This document shows, one piece after another, positions 21,102-34,249 of a stretch of 64,000 nucleotides of DNA; position 1 is the stretch's first letter, and each line of letters begins with the position of its first letter. This DNA comes from Torpedo marmorata (taxonomy: Eukaryota): NCBI GenBank assembly GCA_977017645.1, contig OZ360221.1, forward strand, positions 157,418,001 to 157,482,000, given 5' to 3'. Under the pieces are notes generated by a model, which was given only the letters and a program-made list of their open reading frames with translations, had not been told where the DNA came from and searched no databases. The position numbers and the translations under genes are program-made.

Positions 21102-24100
21102 GGAGCGGGGGGTGTCACGTGATGACGTGAGGTGGAGACGGGTTATTACACCTCTCCCATCGGATTTAATTAAAAATAGACGAAAAGAAAGTTAGAGTTA
21201 TTAAGATAAAGTTAAAGTGTGGAGGAAAGGTTCAGGGATGTCCAGTAAGAGAATGAAGGAAGGGAAATTAAAGAAATCAGTGTTAAGGGAAAGTTTAGGT
21301 CAGGAGAAAAATCGGCCTACCTTGGTGTTGGAGCCTCGGGAACAAGCTCCTCTCCCCCCGCGGAAGACACAGAAGAAGACGGCGAAGGTACCTGGAGCAC
21401 CAACGCCGCCCTCCCGTGGAACTGTGATTGTCGTGCATAATTCCAGAAAAAGAAAAAAATTATATATAAATGGAGGTTTAACTCTTCTTTACTAAAGAGA
21501 GTGGATTTTTGTAAATATATAAGAAGAGAAATCCAAGAATTTTTACAGATTAACACGGATTCCATGGAAAACAAATTTATTATTTTGGATGCTTTGAAGG
21601 CTTAGAGGTCAGATAATAAGTTACTCAGCAAAAGTTAAGAAGGAAAATATTCAGGAATTGGATAATTTGGAGAAGGATCTACAAAAGAAGAGATCAGAAG
21701 AAAAGAAGAAAGATTTAATTGGGAAAAAGTTATATTATAATACGTTACAAACATATAAATTGGAAAAACTCATTGAAAGGACTAAGCAAAGGTATTATGA
21801 ACTGGGAGAAAGAGCTCATAAAGTTTTAGCCTGGCAATTAAAGAAGGAACAAACCTCTAGAACTATAACGGCTATAAAAAAGAATTCTAAGAAAATAACT
21901 TATAAACCGCGAGAAATAAATGATTCTTTCAAAGATTTTTATTTGAATTTATATACATCTCAAGCCGATAAAGATGATTCTAAAATTAACAAATTTTTAT
22001 CCAAAATTAAGATGCCCAGGTTAGGTACACTTAGTAAAGAATCTTTAGATTCACCATTTACGATGAGGGAAGTCGATGGGGTTCTTAGTTCTTTGACAAG
22101 TGGGAAATCTCCGGGGGAGGATGGTTTCCCATCAGAGTTTTATAAGAAGTTTAAGGACTTATTGATTCCTCCTTATATGGAGGTGTTAAAACAAATAACG
22201 GAAACCCATTCTCTACCGGAATCCTTCACCAATGCATTAATAACAGTTATACCGAAAAAAGATAGAGACTTGTTGAGAACAGAATCATATAGACCAATAT
22301 CGTTGTTAAATGTGGATTATAAAATAATGGCAAAAATTTTAGCAAACAGAGTGGCTAAGTTCTTACCAGACTTAGTCCATAGAGATCAGGCAGGCTTTAT
22401 TAGAAACAGATATTCAAAAGATAATATCGCTAGATTAATTAGTCTAATAAACGTGGCACAAAAAAGAGAAGAACTGTCATTAGTATTAACATTAGATGCC
22501 GAAAAGGCTTTTGATAGATTAGAGTGGAATTATTTATTTAAGGTACTGGAAAAATTTGCTTTTGGAAATACATTCATTAATTGGATTAAAACTATATATA
22601 AAGAACCGTCTGCTAGAGTGGTCACAAATGGTCAAATATCTTTAAAATTTTCCTTAACCAGGTCTACTAGACAAGGTTGTCCTTTATCGCCAGCATTGTT
22701 TATTTTAGCAATAGAACCTTTAGCCAAATTAATTAGACAAGATAGTAAGATTGCAGGTATTAAAGTTGGTAAGGAAGAACACAAAATTAGTTTGTTTGCA
22801 GATGACGTATTGATATATATGACAAAACCTATTAATTCTCTAACACAATTGTCTGTTTTATTGAAGGAATTTGGGGAAATATCTGGTTACAAGATTAACT
22901 CGGATAAAAGTGAAATTATGCCTTTAACACAAGGGGACTATAGTGATTGTAAAGAAATTACACAATTTAAATGGTCAAAGGAAGGAATTAAATATTTGGG
23001 AACAAAGATTGATACAAAATTATCCAATTTGTATAAATTAAATTATTTACCATTATTTGTGAATATAAAAAAAGATCTGGAGAGTTGGAAGGATTTACCT
23101 ATAACTCTAATGGGAAGGGTAAATTGTATTAAAATGAATGTTTTTCCGAGAATTCAATATCTTTTTCAATCAATTCCTTATGAAATCCCTCAGAAATTTT
23201 TTAAGGATTTAAATTTAATTATAAGGACATTTTTGTGGAAAGGAAAGTTGGCTAGAGTAGGAATGGAGAAATTAACCTGGAATTATGAAATGGGTGGTCT
23301 AAAGCTTCCTAATTTTCAATATTATTATAAAGCAGCCCAACTAAAATTTATTAACGTATTGTTTGATTTAGGGAAGCTCTCTGCTTGGATGAGAATAGAA
23401 TTAAATAATATAGGAGAGGATTTGAAAGAAGAAGTCATTTATAAATGGAATTCTAAATTATTATTAACAAGAGGGAAAAATTCTCCTATTTTTAGGCACT
23501 TGTTAGAAATATGGAATAGAGTGGATAGAGAAGTAGGAGCGAAAGGATCAATTTCTCGAAGAATGCCTCTATATCAAAATGAACTTATTCCATTTACTGT
23601 CGATAATCAACTATTTAAAATTTGGTTCCAAAAGGGAATTAAGGAAATAAATGATTGTTTTGAAGCTGGTAAATTTATTACGTTTCAAAGAATGAAAGAT
23701 AAATTTAGTATAGAAAATAATACAATCTTTGCTTATTATCAAATGAGGGCTTTTTTAGGGGAAAGGTTGGGCCGCGGTTTGACCTTACCAAGACAGACTG
23801 AATTGGAATTATTAGTTACTAATGGAGGTGTGCCTAAATTTATTTCTCAAATGTACAGATTGTTACAGAGGAAACTTCCTAAAACAGGAATTCATAAATC
23901 AAGATTAAATTGGGAAAAAGATTTGAATGTAACAATAGATGAAGAACACTGGAAAAAATTATGTAAACAAAGTATGATGAAGATTATTAATTGTTAGATA
24001 TAGATTGGTGCAATATAATTTTTTTCATCAACTATATTTAACACCTAAAAGACTAAAGAAATTTAATCTGACATTATCTGGTTTATGTTTTAGATGTAAT

Positions 24101-24735
24101 AAAGAGGAAGGTTCTTTTGTACATTCTACATGGTTTTTTCCAAAAGTTTATGATTTTTGGTTGAAAGTTAAAAATTTTTTAGATAAAGTATTAGGAACTA
24201 CACTTCCAATGGATCCTATGATATTTTTGTTTGGAGATATTGAAGGAACCAGTGTTAAAGGGAAATTAAATATGTACCAGACAGAATTTTTACGTATTGC
24301 TTTAGCCGTTTCTAAGAAGTGTATTGCCACTACATGGAAGTCGGATGTAGACTTAGGGTTGGGAAGATGGCACGCAGAATTGCGTTCATGCATACCACTC
24401 GAAAAAATTACATATAATTTACGTGATAAGTATCATTTCTTTTTGGAAGTATGGAGCCCATATATAAAAATTGTGGGTTTAAGGATTTGAAGATCTCTGG
24501 ACATCGGTTCTGGCTGGCGAGCCTATCCTCCACAATAAGATCAGTTTATAGTTGTTCTTTTTAGATTGACATTCTCCTTACTCTATCCTTTTCTTCTTCT
24601 TTCTTTCTTTTCGGGAGGGTTAGGGAGGGGAGGGAGGGGGGGTGAAAATGTATCACATGTAATTTGAGAAATTTGCGTTTTAAACTGTGTATTGTGTGAT
24701 TTAAAAATTTAAAATAAAATATTTTAAAAAAAAGA
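21102..24735 (+). mobile_element. L1-clade LINE with both ends but a large internal deletion (most of ORF1 and the APE domain)
   Basis: 9-bp TSD GAATGGGTG (21093-21101 / 24736-24744). GC-rich 5' end and a putative ORF1 start MSSKRMKEG at 21238 join near 21425 to the post-endonuclease W-R-F-N-S-S-L-L region. Ends in AATAAA + A tail. Confidence 0.88.
21658..24490 (+). pseudogene. L1 ORF2 (RT 21658-23997, C-terminal zinc-finger region 24005-24490 after a frameshift)
   Basis: KSPGEDG, YRPISLLNVDYKI, DQAGFI, LDAEKAFDR, QGCPLSP, LFADD, CFRC. Confidence 0.92.
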
Positions 24736-25399
24736 GAATGGGTGCGGGCATGGTGGGTGAATGGAAAAGGGGACAAAAAAGGAAGAAAAGCCGAAGGGGG
24801 TACAGAAGAAGAGAGAAGGGACTCATTACCTGAAATTAGAAACCACTATGTTCATATTGTTGGGCTGTAGACTGCCCAGGCAGAATATGAGTTATTTTTC
24901 GAGTTTATGTTGGGCCTCACTCTGGCAGTGAAGAAGGCCCAGGATAGACATGTCGGTGTGGGAATGGGAAGGGGAATGGAAGTGGCTATAACTGGGAGCT
25001 CAGGATAGCCATTGCTGACAGAATGAAGATGCTCTGTGAAACAGTCCTCAAGTCTGCCCACCTTACCTTCTCCCTATTGTTATCTTCACATTTGCTTGAA
25101 TACAATGAGAGAATAAAAGCCAAATCATAAAGCAAAATTATGTTCATGCATCTAACTGCCAGAAATCATATAAACATGGAATGATCACCCTTGTGCATTC
25201 CATTTGCGACCACCTTCCACGTAGTTTTTTTCTTTTTGCAATGTTCCGCTGCCATGCTTTCTCTGTCGCTGCAGCATGGTTAGGGGGATATTACTAAATT
25301 AAATGTGCAAACAGTCAGCAGCTCTGGGGATAGCCATGTGCAGAGCCAGGCTGGTTTATTGACAAGCCACAGTATATACACTGTCATCCTGAGAGTGAC

Positions 25400-25990
25400 T
25401 GGAGCTTTGAAGGCCAGGATCCCTGCCATTTTAGTGACCAGTTGGAGAGCAATTTGCTGAAGTGCTGTGACAGCCTTTCAATCCCTCTGAAAACGTGCAG
25501 CCAGTGAAGCATGGGAGATGACCCCATAGGACAGTGACAACAACAGTGGATCAGTGAGGGGCTCAGCGGCTGAAGGCCCCACACAGGCTGAGGGCTGTTG
25601 CCAACTTGTGGTTGAAGGACTCACAAAGGCTGCGGGCTGCTACCGTCTTGAGGTCGAAGGGCCCTCACAGGCTGCAAACTGCTGGAGACTGGCTCGTGGA
25701 AACCAGGTACTGGAACCAGGATTCAAGAGGGTGCTGAGGACAAGAAGGGCTCCCGAAGGGCCTCAGATGCTGAAGGCTTCCTGATTGTATCGGAGGTTTG
25801 AATCAGGAGCTCGGGTTGCCGATGGTTTGAACTGGAGTCTGCATGGCTGCAGAGGCTGCGGGAGTGCTTGAGGCGAATCCATGGATGCTCAGTGACTTAT
25901 GGCAGACAAAAGTTGAAGTATGTATATTAAATTTTTAATGTATTATTATGTGATAATAAAAGGAATCTTTGAACCTCTTTGAACCTTTGT
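25400..25990 (+). mobile_element. Longer copy of the unclassified non-coding retroposon, with internal GAAGG.CCCACACAGGCTG repeats
   Basis: GGAGCTCGGGTTGCCGATGGTTTG..GCTGCAGAGGCTGCGG..GAGGCGAATC shared with 17563-17870; ends AATAAAAGGAATC(TTTGAACC)n. Confidence 0.6.
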
Positions 25991-28900
25991 TTTAGAGCTT
26001 CTATATATGCATGCTAAGCCTGCATGACACTTGTTTTGTTTCCACTGCAGCATTCAGAAGTAGGATTCTTTTTTTCTTGTGCAATGTGGGAAGGTGAGAC
26101 ATTGCCTGATCAATGCTCTTTGGTAGTTAGTTCCATTTGCAGAAATGAAACTGGTCATTTGATCCAAATTGAAAGAATAAACTCTTGGCTCTGCACAAAC
26201 TTTGGACTCCTCCACACTCCTTGAAATTGCATGCGTGCTTTCAGGCGCGTCTTGCAAAGAAACAAATATTTTATTGCATATGCCCTTTTAGAATCACATC
26301 AGTAGGTGTAATCAAGCTTTTTCTGTTGGCGCAATTGACTTTCTAATCCTTTTGCTGATATCGAGTAAGTTTCAGAGTTGTTAATCAATTTAGCATAATT
26401 TCAGATTTGCAACTGTTACAGATGTTGACATGATGCAAATCATTCTAATTTTCTAATATAAATAGTTAGTCGGTGATATCTTATTGGACTATCAATTTAT
26501 ATAACATTTCTATACAATTAAATTTAGCATGCAGTAAATAAATTCTTTTGACAGCAGCCAGAGCCCTGTTTTAATCAGTAAAGCAACAGTTTTGCTGCAG
26601 TTTCATTGTAAATTTAGAGATGATTTACAGTGTTAATTAGTGACAATTTCTGTATTTCCTCCCCCACCTTCTCACCACTTGTCCCCCCCTCCCCCTCAAC
26701 TATTCACCACCACCAATATGTAAAATATCAAAATATTCTGTCCTTGGGATGATAACAACACCAGAAGGTTTAAAACGTCATTCCATTTCATTAGTACAAG
26801 AGTTGCCTAAGTAGAAACCTCCAGGCTGTATCTCATCTCCAAGGGACAGTTTTGACAGCTATAAGAATCCTTGAAAAATAGGGCTGGCCATTGGAGCAAC
26901 AGCTCAGTGGGCAGAGACGGATGGATTTATTTCAACCGAACTTTGGATAGAAAACCCATGGGAGTAGTGGAGGCCGACCCAATATTAACTCTGTTGACTT
27001 CACCGGGCTGGGTGTAAAAGTAGCATCATATTCTATCCCATCAGGTTCCCAATGCATGGATTAGACTGAAATTGCCCCTTCCTTCTCACAGACTTAAGGC
27101 AGCTGTTCATGGAGAGGAAGTGAAAGTCTCAGTTAGAAATTATCTATAATTTGCACAGCTATCAGCCAAAAGGCTGATTGTGCTTTAATGCCTGAGCCAG
27201 CTTAGCCTCAAAGGATCAGGCTGGAGTAATTGGACTTCTGTCTCTGCACCCTGGCCATGATCCTGTCAATCTCCTGAGCTAAAGAGCTGATCCACAGAAA
27301 TTGCAAAGAACTGCTGGTTATCAGGAATCCAAGCTACTTGTCTGACCTGGCTCTTCACAGCGAGACCCAAAAGGCCTTTGAGATATTCTGTATACTGGCT
27401 GTTTACTTGTTAGGCCCCATAAAATCTGGTGTATGGAATCCCTGCACCTTCATTTATCCCATTTGCCTTTTAAGGAAGGGATAGATTTGCCTATTTAAAG
27501 AAATCGGAAAATGCTTGGAGGTAGAGATCTGGAGTAAAAGGTTTTTGCCATTTACTTAGGAGTTTCTGTAGCCACAAGTCAGAGTGAGGGGGTCAAGCCA
27601 ATGGTGGTAGTTTGAGGGAAGGTTTGCTGTTATTGATCTTTTTGAGTCTAGATAGGTGTGGATTGCTACTCCTGGATTGTGCTTCACTAGCTGCCTGAAG
27701 TGGCAGTAATTTCATACTATCAAGGAAGTAGCTTAAGAATTGGGATAAGTGATGTATCTGCTGAAGCCTTTCAGGAAAGAAGGGACATTTCAAGAAATAA
27801 AGAAATGAATTTTTAAGGGATATAGCAGGAAATTTCAGATCTTGTGAGTACCTCAGTAAAATGAGCCAGAAGATGAAATCTCATTTGGATATTTTATTAT
27901 CTGTTAAACGGATAACCAATTGTCAATCAATAAAGTTTTTCATGAAGCTGATAATGGCTTATAAAACAGCAACATAACAAATTTGTTTGATAATGCAATT
28001 TGAAAATATACTAATTGCCTTGAGATTAAGCCCTATTACCTTGTTAGAAAAAAAAACCTTTACAGTTTTACTAAAGGGAAGCAATGTTTGGTATAATTTT
28101 CACCTAAAAATGATATTATCAAAGCACACATTTTGTTGTCAATTTCTAGCATTTTGATAAGGAGCTAAATTAAGTGATATTCATTCATTAATTGAACAAA
28201 GCTCTTCAGACAACAGAAAAGAGTAAAAAGGAATGACTGCAGCAACATAATTTGGAAGGTGTTGGTCGGGACTAAGAAGTACCGTAAATGGGCTTTATCA
28301 CGGTTAAGTGGGACATTATCCACTGCAATTTGGGCTGCTTTACTCATCAGCTTCTTGTGTATTAGACTCAGGAACCCACCTTTTTATCTTGCACAGTTTC
28401 CATTTGAAAATTGAGGGCAGCCTCTGACTGGCCTCTAATTTCATGCCTTGCTCTTTCCCTTTGATTTAGCTTCTGTAACAGTGCAACCCTTAAGAGGCAA
28501 GGTCCGGTGATAGCATGACCAGCACTGGCTTACAGACACACTCCCCACTCAAAGCTGCACTTGTTCCAAAATGAGATGGACAAGTTCAGACTTTCGTTCT
28601 TTTTTGTTTATACAAATAGCAGCTTTTATGTGTCCAGGCTTAGCTCAGAAGGCCAGCTGGAATGTGCAGCTGTCGACAGGGTAGCAGGGCATGAGTATAA
28701 GAGAGGTTAATTGCTGTTCATCGTTACATCACAAAAAAAAACTTCTACCTTTTATTATTCAGACCTAGATTGAGCATTTTTTATTCATTAGTTAAACATA
28801 CAAACTTTATTTCTTAAAATAATAAAAAGAATAGTTTCATCTGCCAATTTTTTTTATTAAGATAATTTTTGAGTATGTAGCCTGGAGCTATTTGGTGAAA

Positions 28901-29539
28901 ACTTTTTTTCACATAAGCTTATTGTGGAGATACTGCTTTGCAGTTTCCTTGTGAACTGAGAAACCAGCGGATATGTGTTTCTTTGCAGGGTATGGAATTT
29001 TTATAAGAAGCATTTATTGTGATAAAACAATTAAGGAAAGCTGAAAAAGGGAACTGGCATTCTATATTTTAAGAACCAGTATTGTGCAAATCTATACTCA
29101 TTTGTTTATAAATACACAAACACTGACCCATTAAAATTTTAATCTGAATCTTACTATTTTCTTACCAGTATAAAAATAAGGAAAAATCTTTCAAACAAAA
29201 TTTGTTGAATCTTTTTCATGAAGGTAGAGTCCATTTAAAGTGAGATGGATTGACTGTTTATACAATTCAGCTGATAGTAGATCCAATATTTTTTATTTCT
29301 GTTTGTAAGTGATTTCTGCAATTTTATCTCATGTGCATTTTGCCAAAAACAATATGTGAGGCTGTTAAGTCATTAGCTTTCTTATTCTTTCTCAGGACAT
29401 GGGCTTTGCAGGCAAGTCAATACTCTTTGTTGCACTTAGAAGCTTGGCATATCTGGGGGACTAAATCATTTCGGTGGACATATACAAATTAGCAAGTGAT
29501 GGAGTTTACACCTACTTTGAACCAAGTGGGGACAATAGG

Positions 29540-29790
29540 GTCATAGAGCTATACAGCATAGAAACAGGACCTTCCTCCCAAATTGTCTATGCTGACTAGG
29601 TTGTCCATCTAAGATCATCCCTTTTGCCTGCATGTGGCCTGCTTCCCTCCAAACCTTTCCAAGCATCTGTCAAAATGTTTTCTAAACATCATAATTGTAC
29701 CCAATACTACAGCTTCCTCTGGCAGCTCGTTCCATATACCCACCACCCTCTGTGTGAAAAAGCTGCCCCTCAATTCCCACAAAAAATTCC
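29540..29790 (-). mobile_element. CR1 3' end fragment
   Basis: GTCATAGAGCTATACAGCATAGAAACAGG..CACCACCCTCTGTGTGAAAAAG, as in the other CR1 tails in this window. Confidence 0.7.
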
Positions 29791-30039
29791 CACAAATAAG
29801 CTAATTTGTTTTTGGTGTCTGAGAGATAAATATTGCTCAGGATATCAGGAATAATTCAGAGAAAATGAAATAGGCAGCAAAAAATCAGACTAATTCCCTT
29901 GCCAGCTTTTGAAATGGGATCTCTTACATCCAAGAGACCACAACACTTTTTAATCAAAAAAAGCATGCAAATGTTTATGTCCACCAGATCTTGGGTATAT
30001 TCGTTCATGAAACATAAACTGATAATATGCAGATACAGG

Positions 30040-30560
30040 AAGTAAGTAGGAAGTAAAATTTTATTGCAGGAGAGTTTGAATACAATTTAGGAAAGGTTTC
30101 TTCAAGTGGAATTTGGTTTTGTAAGACAGGCTGAGGAAGGAAATATTTGCCATGGAGGTGATACAGCGTTTCTGGGAAGATGGTGAGGAATATATAACAT
30201 TGGCTAATGCTCATTGGAGTTTAAAGGAATGAGAAATGATATCATGGAAAATAATGATATTAAAGGAAATAAACAGGGAAAATGCTGAGAGGTGTTTGGA
30301 CAGTCCAGAACCAGATGGTATAGACGAGATGAGTGATCAGCCAAATGGTACTGAGATGCAGAGAAAGTTAATTACTTGCAGCGTTGCAAATTGTTGGAAC
30401 TCACTGTTGCAGAATGTTCAGCAATAGAATATATTTGTCGCTGAGATCAATGAGCAATGAAGAGATGTGGGAATCAATGGATGTTGACTTGGAGCACGGG
30501 ACACAATATTTTCAATAAATGGTGAAAACATATTTGAGGCCATTAGACTGCTTCATTTTC
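30040..30560 (+). mobile_element. Highly degraded CR1 fragment
   Basis: GAGTTTGAATACAA, GAGGAAGGAAATATTTGCCATGGAGG, CATTGGAGTTTAAAGGAATGAGA, TGGAACTCACTG. Confidence 0.5.
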
Positions 30561-31009
30561 TTATATTCTTAATATTTGAGAATGATCATCATTTTAAGTA
30601 TATGGATATACAGTATACTGAATTATTCTCCTTTGTTCATATCCAGCTGCACAGAGTGAAAATTTACTCTTTGTCTTTACTCTTTTTTTACTCTTGACTT
30701 TAATGTTTACTTTTTGGTGGTGAATTATGTTAAGCGTCATTTGCTACTTGTGATCAAGGTTTGCTTTCTGATGAAGTGGATTTAGAAGATGGGGTGTATT
30801 AGGTTAGAATGCACAAAAGTAATTTAATTATCATTGTCACTCTGTTATTTTTATATGTTGGTTGTAGTACTTGTAAAGATAAAAGCTGAGGCTGAAAACT
30901 CTTAGAATAACACTACACAAGAATGTAAGAAGTCAAACCTGGTCTTAAATCGAACTTGATAATTATTCTGAATTGGTTAAAAAGAAAACATACCCAACAT
31001 GACCCATTT

Positions 31010-31255
31010 TATTATTTTTAATTTATTTTAACGCTACAGCATGGTAGAAGGTCCTTCTGGCCCATAAAACCCGTGCATCCCTATTACATCCAATTAATCT
31101 CCCAACCCTAAACATTTTAGAGGATGGGAGGAAACCGGAGCACCTGGAGAAAACCCACACAGGTCACGGGGAGAACGGACAAATTTGTTATTGACCGCGC
31201 CAGATTCGAACCTGAACCGCTGACGCTCTAATTGTGTTGCACTAACTGCTCCAGA
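31010..31255 (-). mobile_element. V-SINE (HE1-like)
   Basis: GGGAGGAAACCGGAGCACCTGGAGAAAACCCAC (reverse V-domain) and GATTCGAACC (reverse B box). Confidence 0.85.
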
Positions 31256-31892
31256 GAGGTGTCAGGGATGGTGTAAAATTGCGTGTACAGAACCATTATA
31301 GGATGTCAGGAGAGACAATTTATGATCACATGGTTGTTCTAAAAATACAATCACACCATTGCAACTCCAGTGTGTGACTTTGGGGGTGGACTCACACATG
31401 CAGTCTAATTTACTAAACATGCAAGCTCTAGCGTTTGAACATGCATGCATGAAGCAATAACTGAGGAAATAGCTTCTGAAATTGTGGTAGGATCTTGTTT
31501 GGAACAGAATATTAGTTTAAACATATTGTGGGGACCAATGACTGGGGCAAGGTAGTAGTTCTAATATTGAGTGTAGGTCATGTGAGTGCGGGTGACATTA
31601 AAAATGGGTCTGGTGGGAAACCTTACTATGTTGCACTGGGAATCAATCAGCACAAGTGTGTCAGAGCAGCAAGGTATTTTAATTTTGGGAAGCGAGAGTA
31701 CACAAAGGGTTGTATGCAGCATTAAAAAGAGTTTAATAAACTAAGGTAGTGAGAGTCCCAGTAGAAAATCCACTGAAGGGAGATTTCCGCAACATCAAGG
31801 AGCATGAGATACACAAACGGCACATTTTGCAGAGTGTAAACACCACTCACAATGTTTTAGCAAGAAGCATGTTAAAGTTGAGGGCACATTTT

Positions 31893-32370
31893 GGCAAGAT
31901 CCTGTGGTCTCCTCTACATCAGAGAGACTGGACGCAGACTGGGAGATCGCTTTGTTGAGCACTTCAGCTCTGTCCGCCGCAATAGCGTGGATCTCCCAGT
32001 GGCCACCCATTTCAATTCTCCATCCCATTCCCTTGCTGACATGTCTGTCCATGGTCTCATGTACTGCCAGACTGAGACCACCCGTAGATTGGAGGAGGAA
32101 CACCTCTTCTTCTGACTGGGCACCCTCCAACCGGATGGCATTAATATTGACTTCTCTGGCTTTCGTTAAACCCCACCCCCTTCTTCCCCTGTCGCCTCTC
32201 CATTGCCTGTCTCCTTTTGCACAGACATGATAAATTCTACCTAGTCCCTTATCATATCCAATTAACACCTTTTGTTGGTCTGGATTCCTCCCCCATTGAT
32301 TGAATTCTGAGACCTTCTGATATATCCTGTTTCTGCCTTTTCTGATTTTTCCTTGAAGAAGGGCTCAGGC
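31893..32370 (+). mobile_element. Penelope-like 3' fragment of a different subfamily, cut within its hammerhead motif
   Basis: CGLLYIRETGRRLGDRFVEH..RRLEEEHL; ends CCTTGAAGAAGGGCTCAGGCC. Confidence 0.85.
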
Positions 32371-32414
32371 CAGGGTGTGAGGAAGTGTAGTCCAGATAGT
32401 TGTGGGAGTTGGAG

Positions 32415-32597
32415 CTCCAACTCCCACAACTGTCTGGAAAATTTACTACAAACCCTCCAACTCCCACAACTATCTGGAAAACTTATTACAAACCCTCCAA
32501 CTCCCACAACTGTCTGGAAAATTTACTACAAACCCTCCAACTCCCACAACTATCTGGAAAACTTACTACAAACCCTCCAACTCCCACAACTATCTGG
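32415..32597 (+). repeat. 40-bp tandem repeat (4 units plus native copy), A-B-A-B variant pattern
   Basis: CTCCAACTCCCACAACT[G/A]TCTGGAAAA[T/C]TTA[C/T]TACAAACC at 32415, 32455, 32495 and 32535. Confidence 0.95.
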
Positions 32598-33626
32598 ACT
32601 ACACTTCCTCACACCCTATCCCCTGCAAGGATTCCATCCCCTTCTCTCAATTTCTCCGTCTCCGCCGCATCTGTTCCCAAGATGAGGTCTTCCAGTCCAG
32701 ATCTTCTGAAATGTCTGCCTTCTTCCACAAACGTGGCTTCCCCTCCACCACCATCAACTCAGCCCTCACTCGCATCTCCTCCATTTCCCGCTCATCTGCC
32801 CTGGCCCCCTCTGCCCCCAGACGCAACGAACATAGAATCCACCTCATCCTCACCTACCACCCCACCAGCCTCCGCATCTAACACATATCCGCCGAAATTT
32901 CCGGCACTTACTACAGGATCCCACCACCAGACACATTTTTCCTTCTCCTCCCCTCTCGGCCTTCCGCAGGGACCGCTCCCTCCGCGATTCCCTCGTGCAC
33001 TCATCCCTCCCCACCCATCGAACCCCCGGCACCTCCCCTGTGCCCGCTGGAGGTGCAACACCTGCGCCCACACCTCCCCCCTCACCATGGTCCGGGGCCC
33101 CAAACAGGCCTTTCAAGTGAAGGTACACTTCACTTGTACATCCAGAGAACTTATTTACTGCATCCGGTGCTCCCTTTGTGGCTTTCTTTACATCGGAGAG
33201 ACCGGTCATAGATTGGGAGATTGCTTTGCTGAGCACCTCCTCTCCATCCGCAACAACAGCAATCTCCCAGTAGTCAGCCATTTCAATTCCGAGTCACACT
33301 ACCACACTCACATGTCTGTCCATGGCGTTATGTACTATCCCACCCAGACTACCCGCAAATTGGAGGAACAACATCTCATTTTCCGTCTAGGCACTCTCCA
33401 GCCAGATGGCATTAACATTGACTTTTCTGCTTTCCACTAAACCTGCTGTCTTTTCCTTCCCCTCCCCCCTCACCTGTCTATCCTGTTTTTTTCCACCCAT
33501 CCAGCCATCCCTCCTCCCCCTCTTTGCTGCTGTCCCCTCCCTCCTTTCTCCACCTATCATCTCCTGCCTTTGCCACCCCCCCTTCCTCCCCTCACTCTTT
33601 TGTTCGGATGCCTGCCGGCATTATCT

Positions 33627-33667
33627 CATACTTTGATGAAGGGCTCAAGCCCGAAACGTCAGTTATG
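33627..33667 (+). ncRNA. Minimal hammerhead ribozyme motif
   Basis: CATACT-TTGATGA-AGGGC-TCAA-GCCC-GAAAC-GTC-AGTTATG. Confidence 0.75.
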
Positions 33668-34249
33668 TATTTCTACCTTTGCTACATAAAAGACACTGTT
33701 TGCCCTGCTGAGTTTCTCTAGCATTTGTGTTTTTTACTTCAACCACGGTGTCTACAGATTTTCGTGTTTTACCAGCCTTGTTATGGGGTTCATTCAGGAA
33801 ACTGATGGCTATGGGGAAGAAACTGTCTTTAAGCCTGTTGGTGCATGTTTTAGCAAGTTGAGTGAATAGGCAAATACATGCAGTATAGGATGGAAAAAAG
33901 TGATGATATCCATTTTGAAAGGAAAAACAAAGGATTATTTGAATGGTGGAACACACAAAATGCTGGAGGAACTCAACAGGTCAAGCAGCATCTATGGATG
34001 GTTAGGACTGGGAATAAAGAGGGCAGAAGCCTTATTTGTTTGTCGTCATTTAAATGGTGATAAATTGGGAAATGTTGGCGGATGCAGGACTGGACCTGGG
34101 TGTCCATGTGCATGAGTCAGTTAAAGTGAATTTATAGGTGCAATGATCAGTTAAGAGAGGAAATGCTGTGTTGGACTTTGTCACAAGGGGATTTGAATAC
34201 AGGAGCAAGGATGACTTCCTTCCATGACAGGGCCTTGGTGAGATCACAC

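Larger units (their letters stand above)
20630..25065 (-). mobile_element. Old Penelope-like 3' remnant (GIY-YIG end and tail), split by L1
   Basis: GRLEDCFTEHLHSV..ELPV at 24852-25061. Tail with TGCAGATGCTAGAATCTG..CTGCTGGAGGAACCCAGCAGG and a decayed hammerhead at ~20712-20745. Confidence 0.7.
32371..33772 (+). mobile_element. 5'-truncated Neptune PLE (same family as 12335-15755) with inverted and reiterated 5' junction
   Basis: Body 32575-33772 closely matches the reverse complement of 12335-13530. 32371-32414 is an inverted copy of the body start. Confidence 0.9.

Noticed and set aside
32415-32597. Regular 40-bp repeats resembling a CRISPR array
   Set aside because: No unique spacers and no cas genes; the unit is a copy of adjacent Penelope RT coding sequence in a vertebrate genome.
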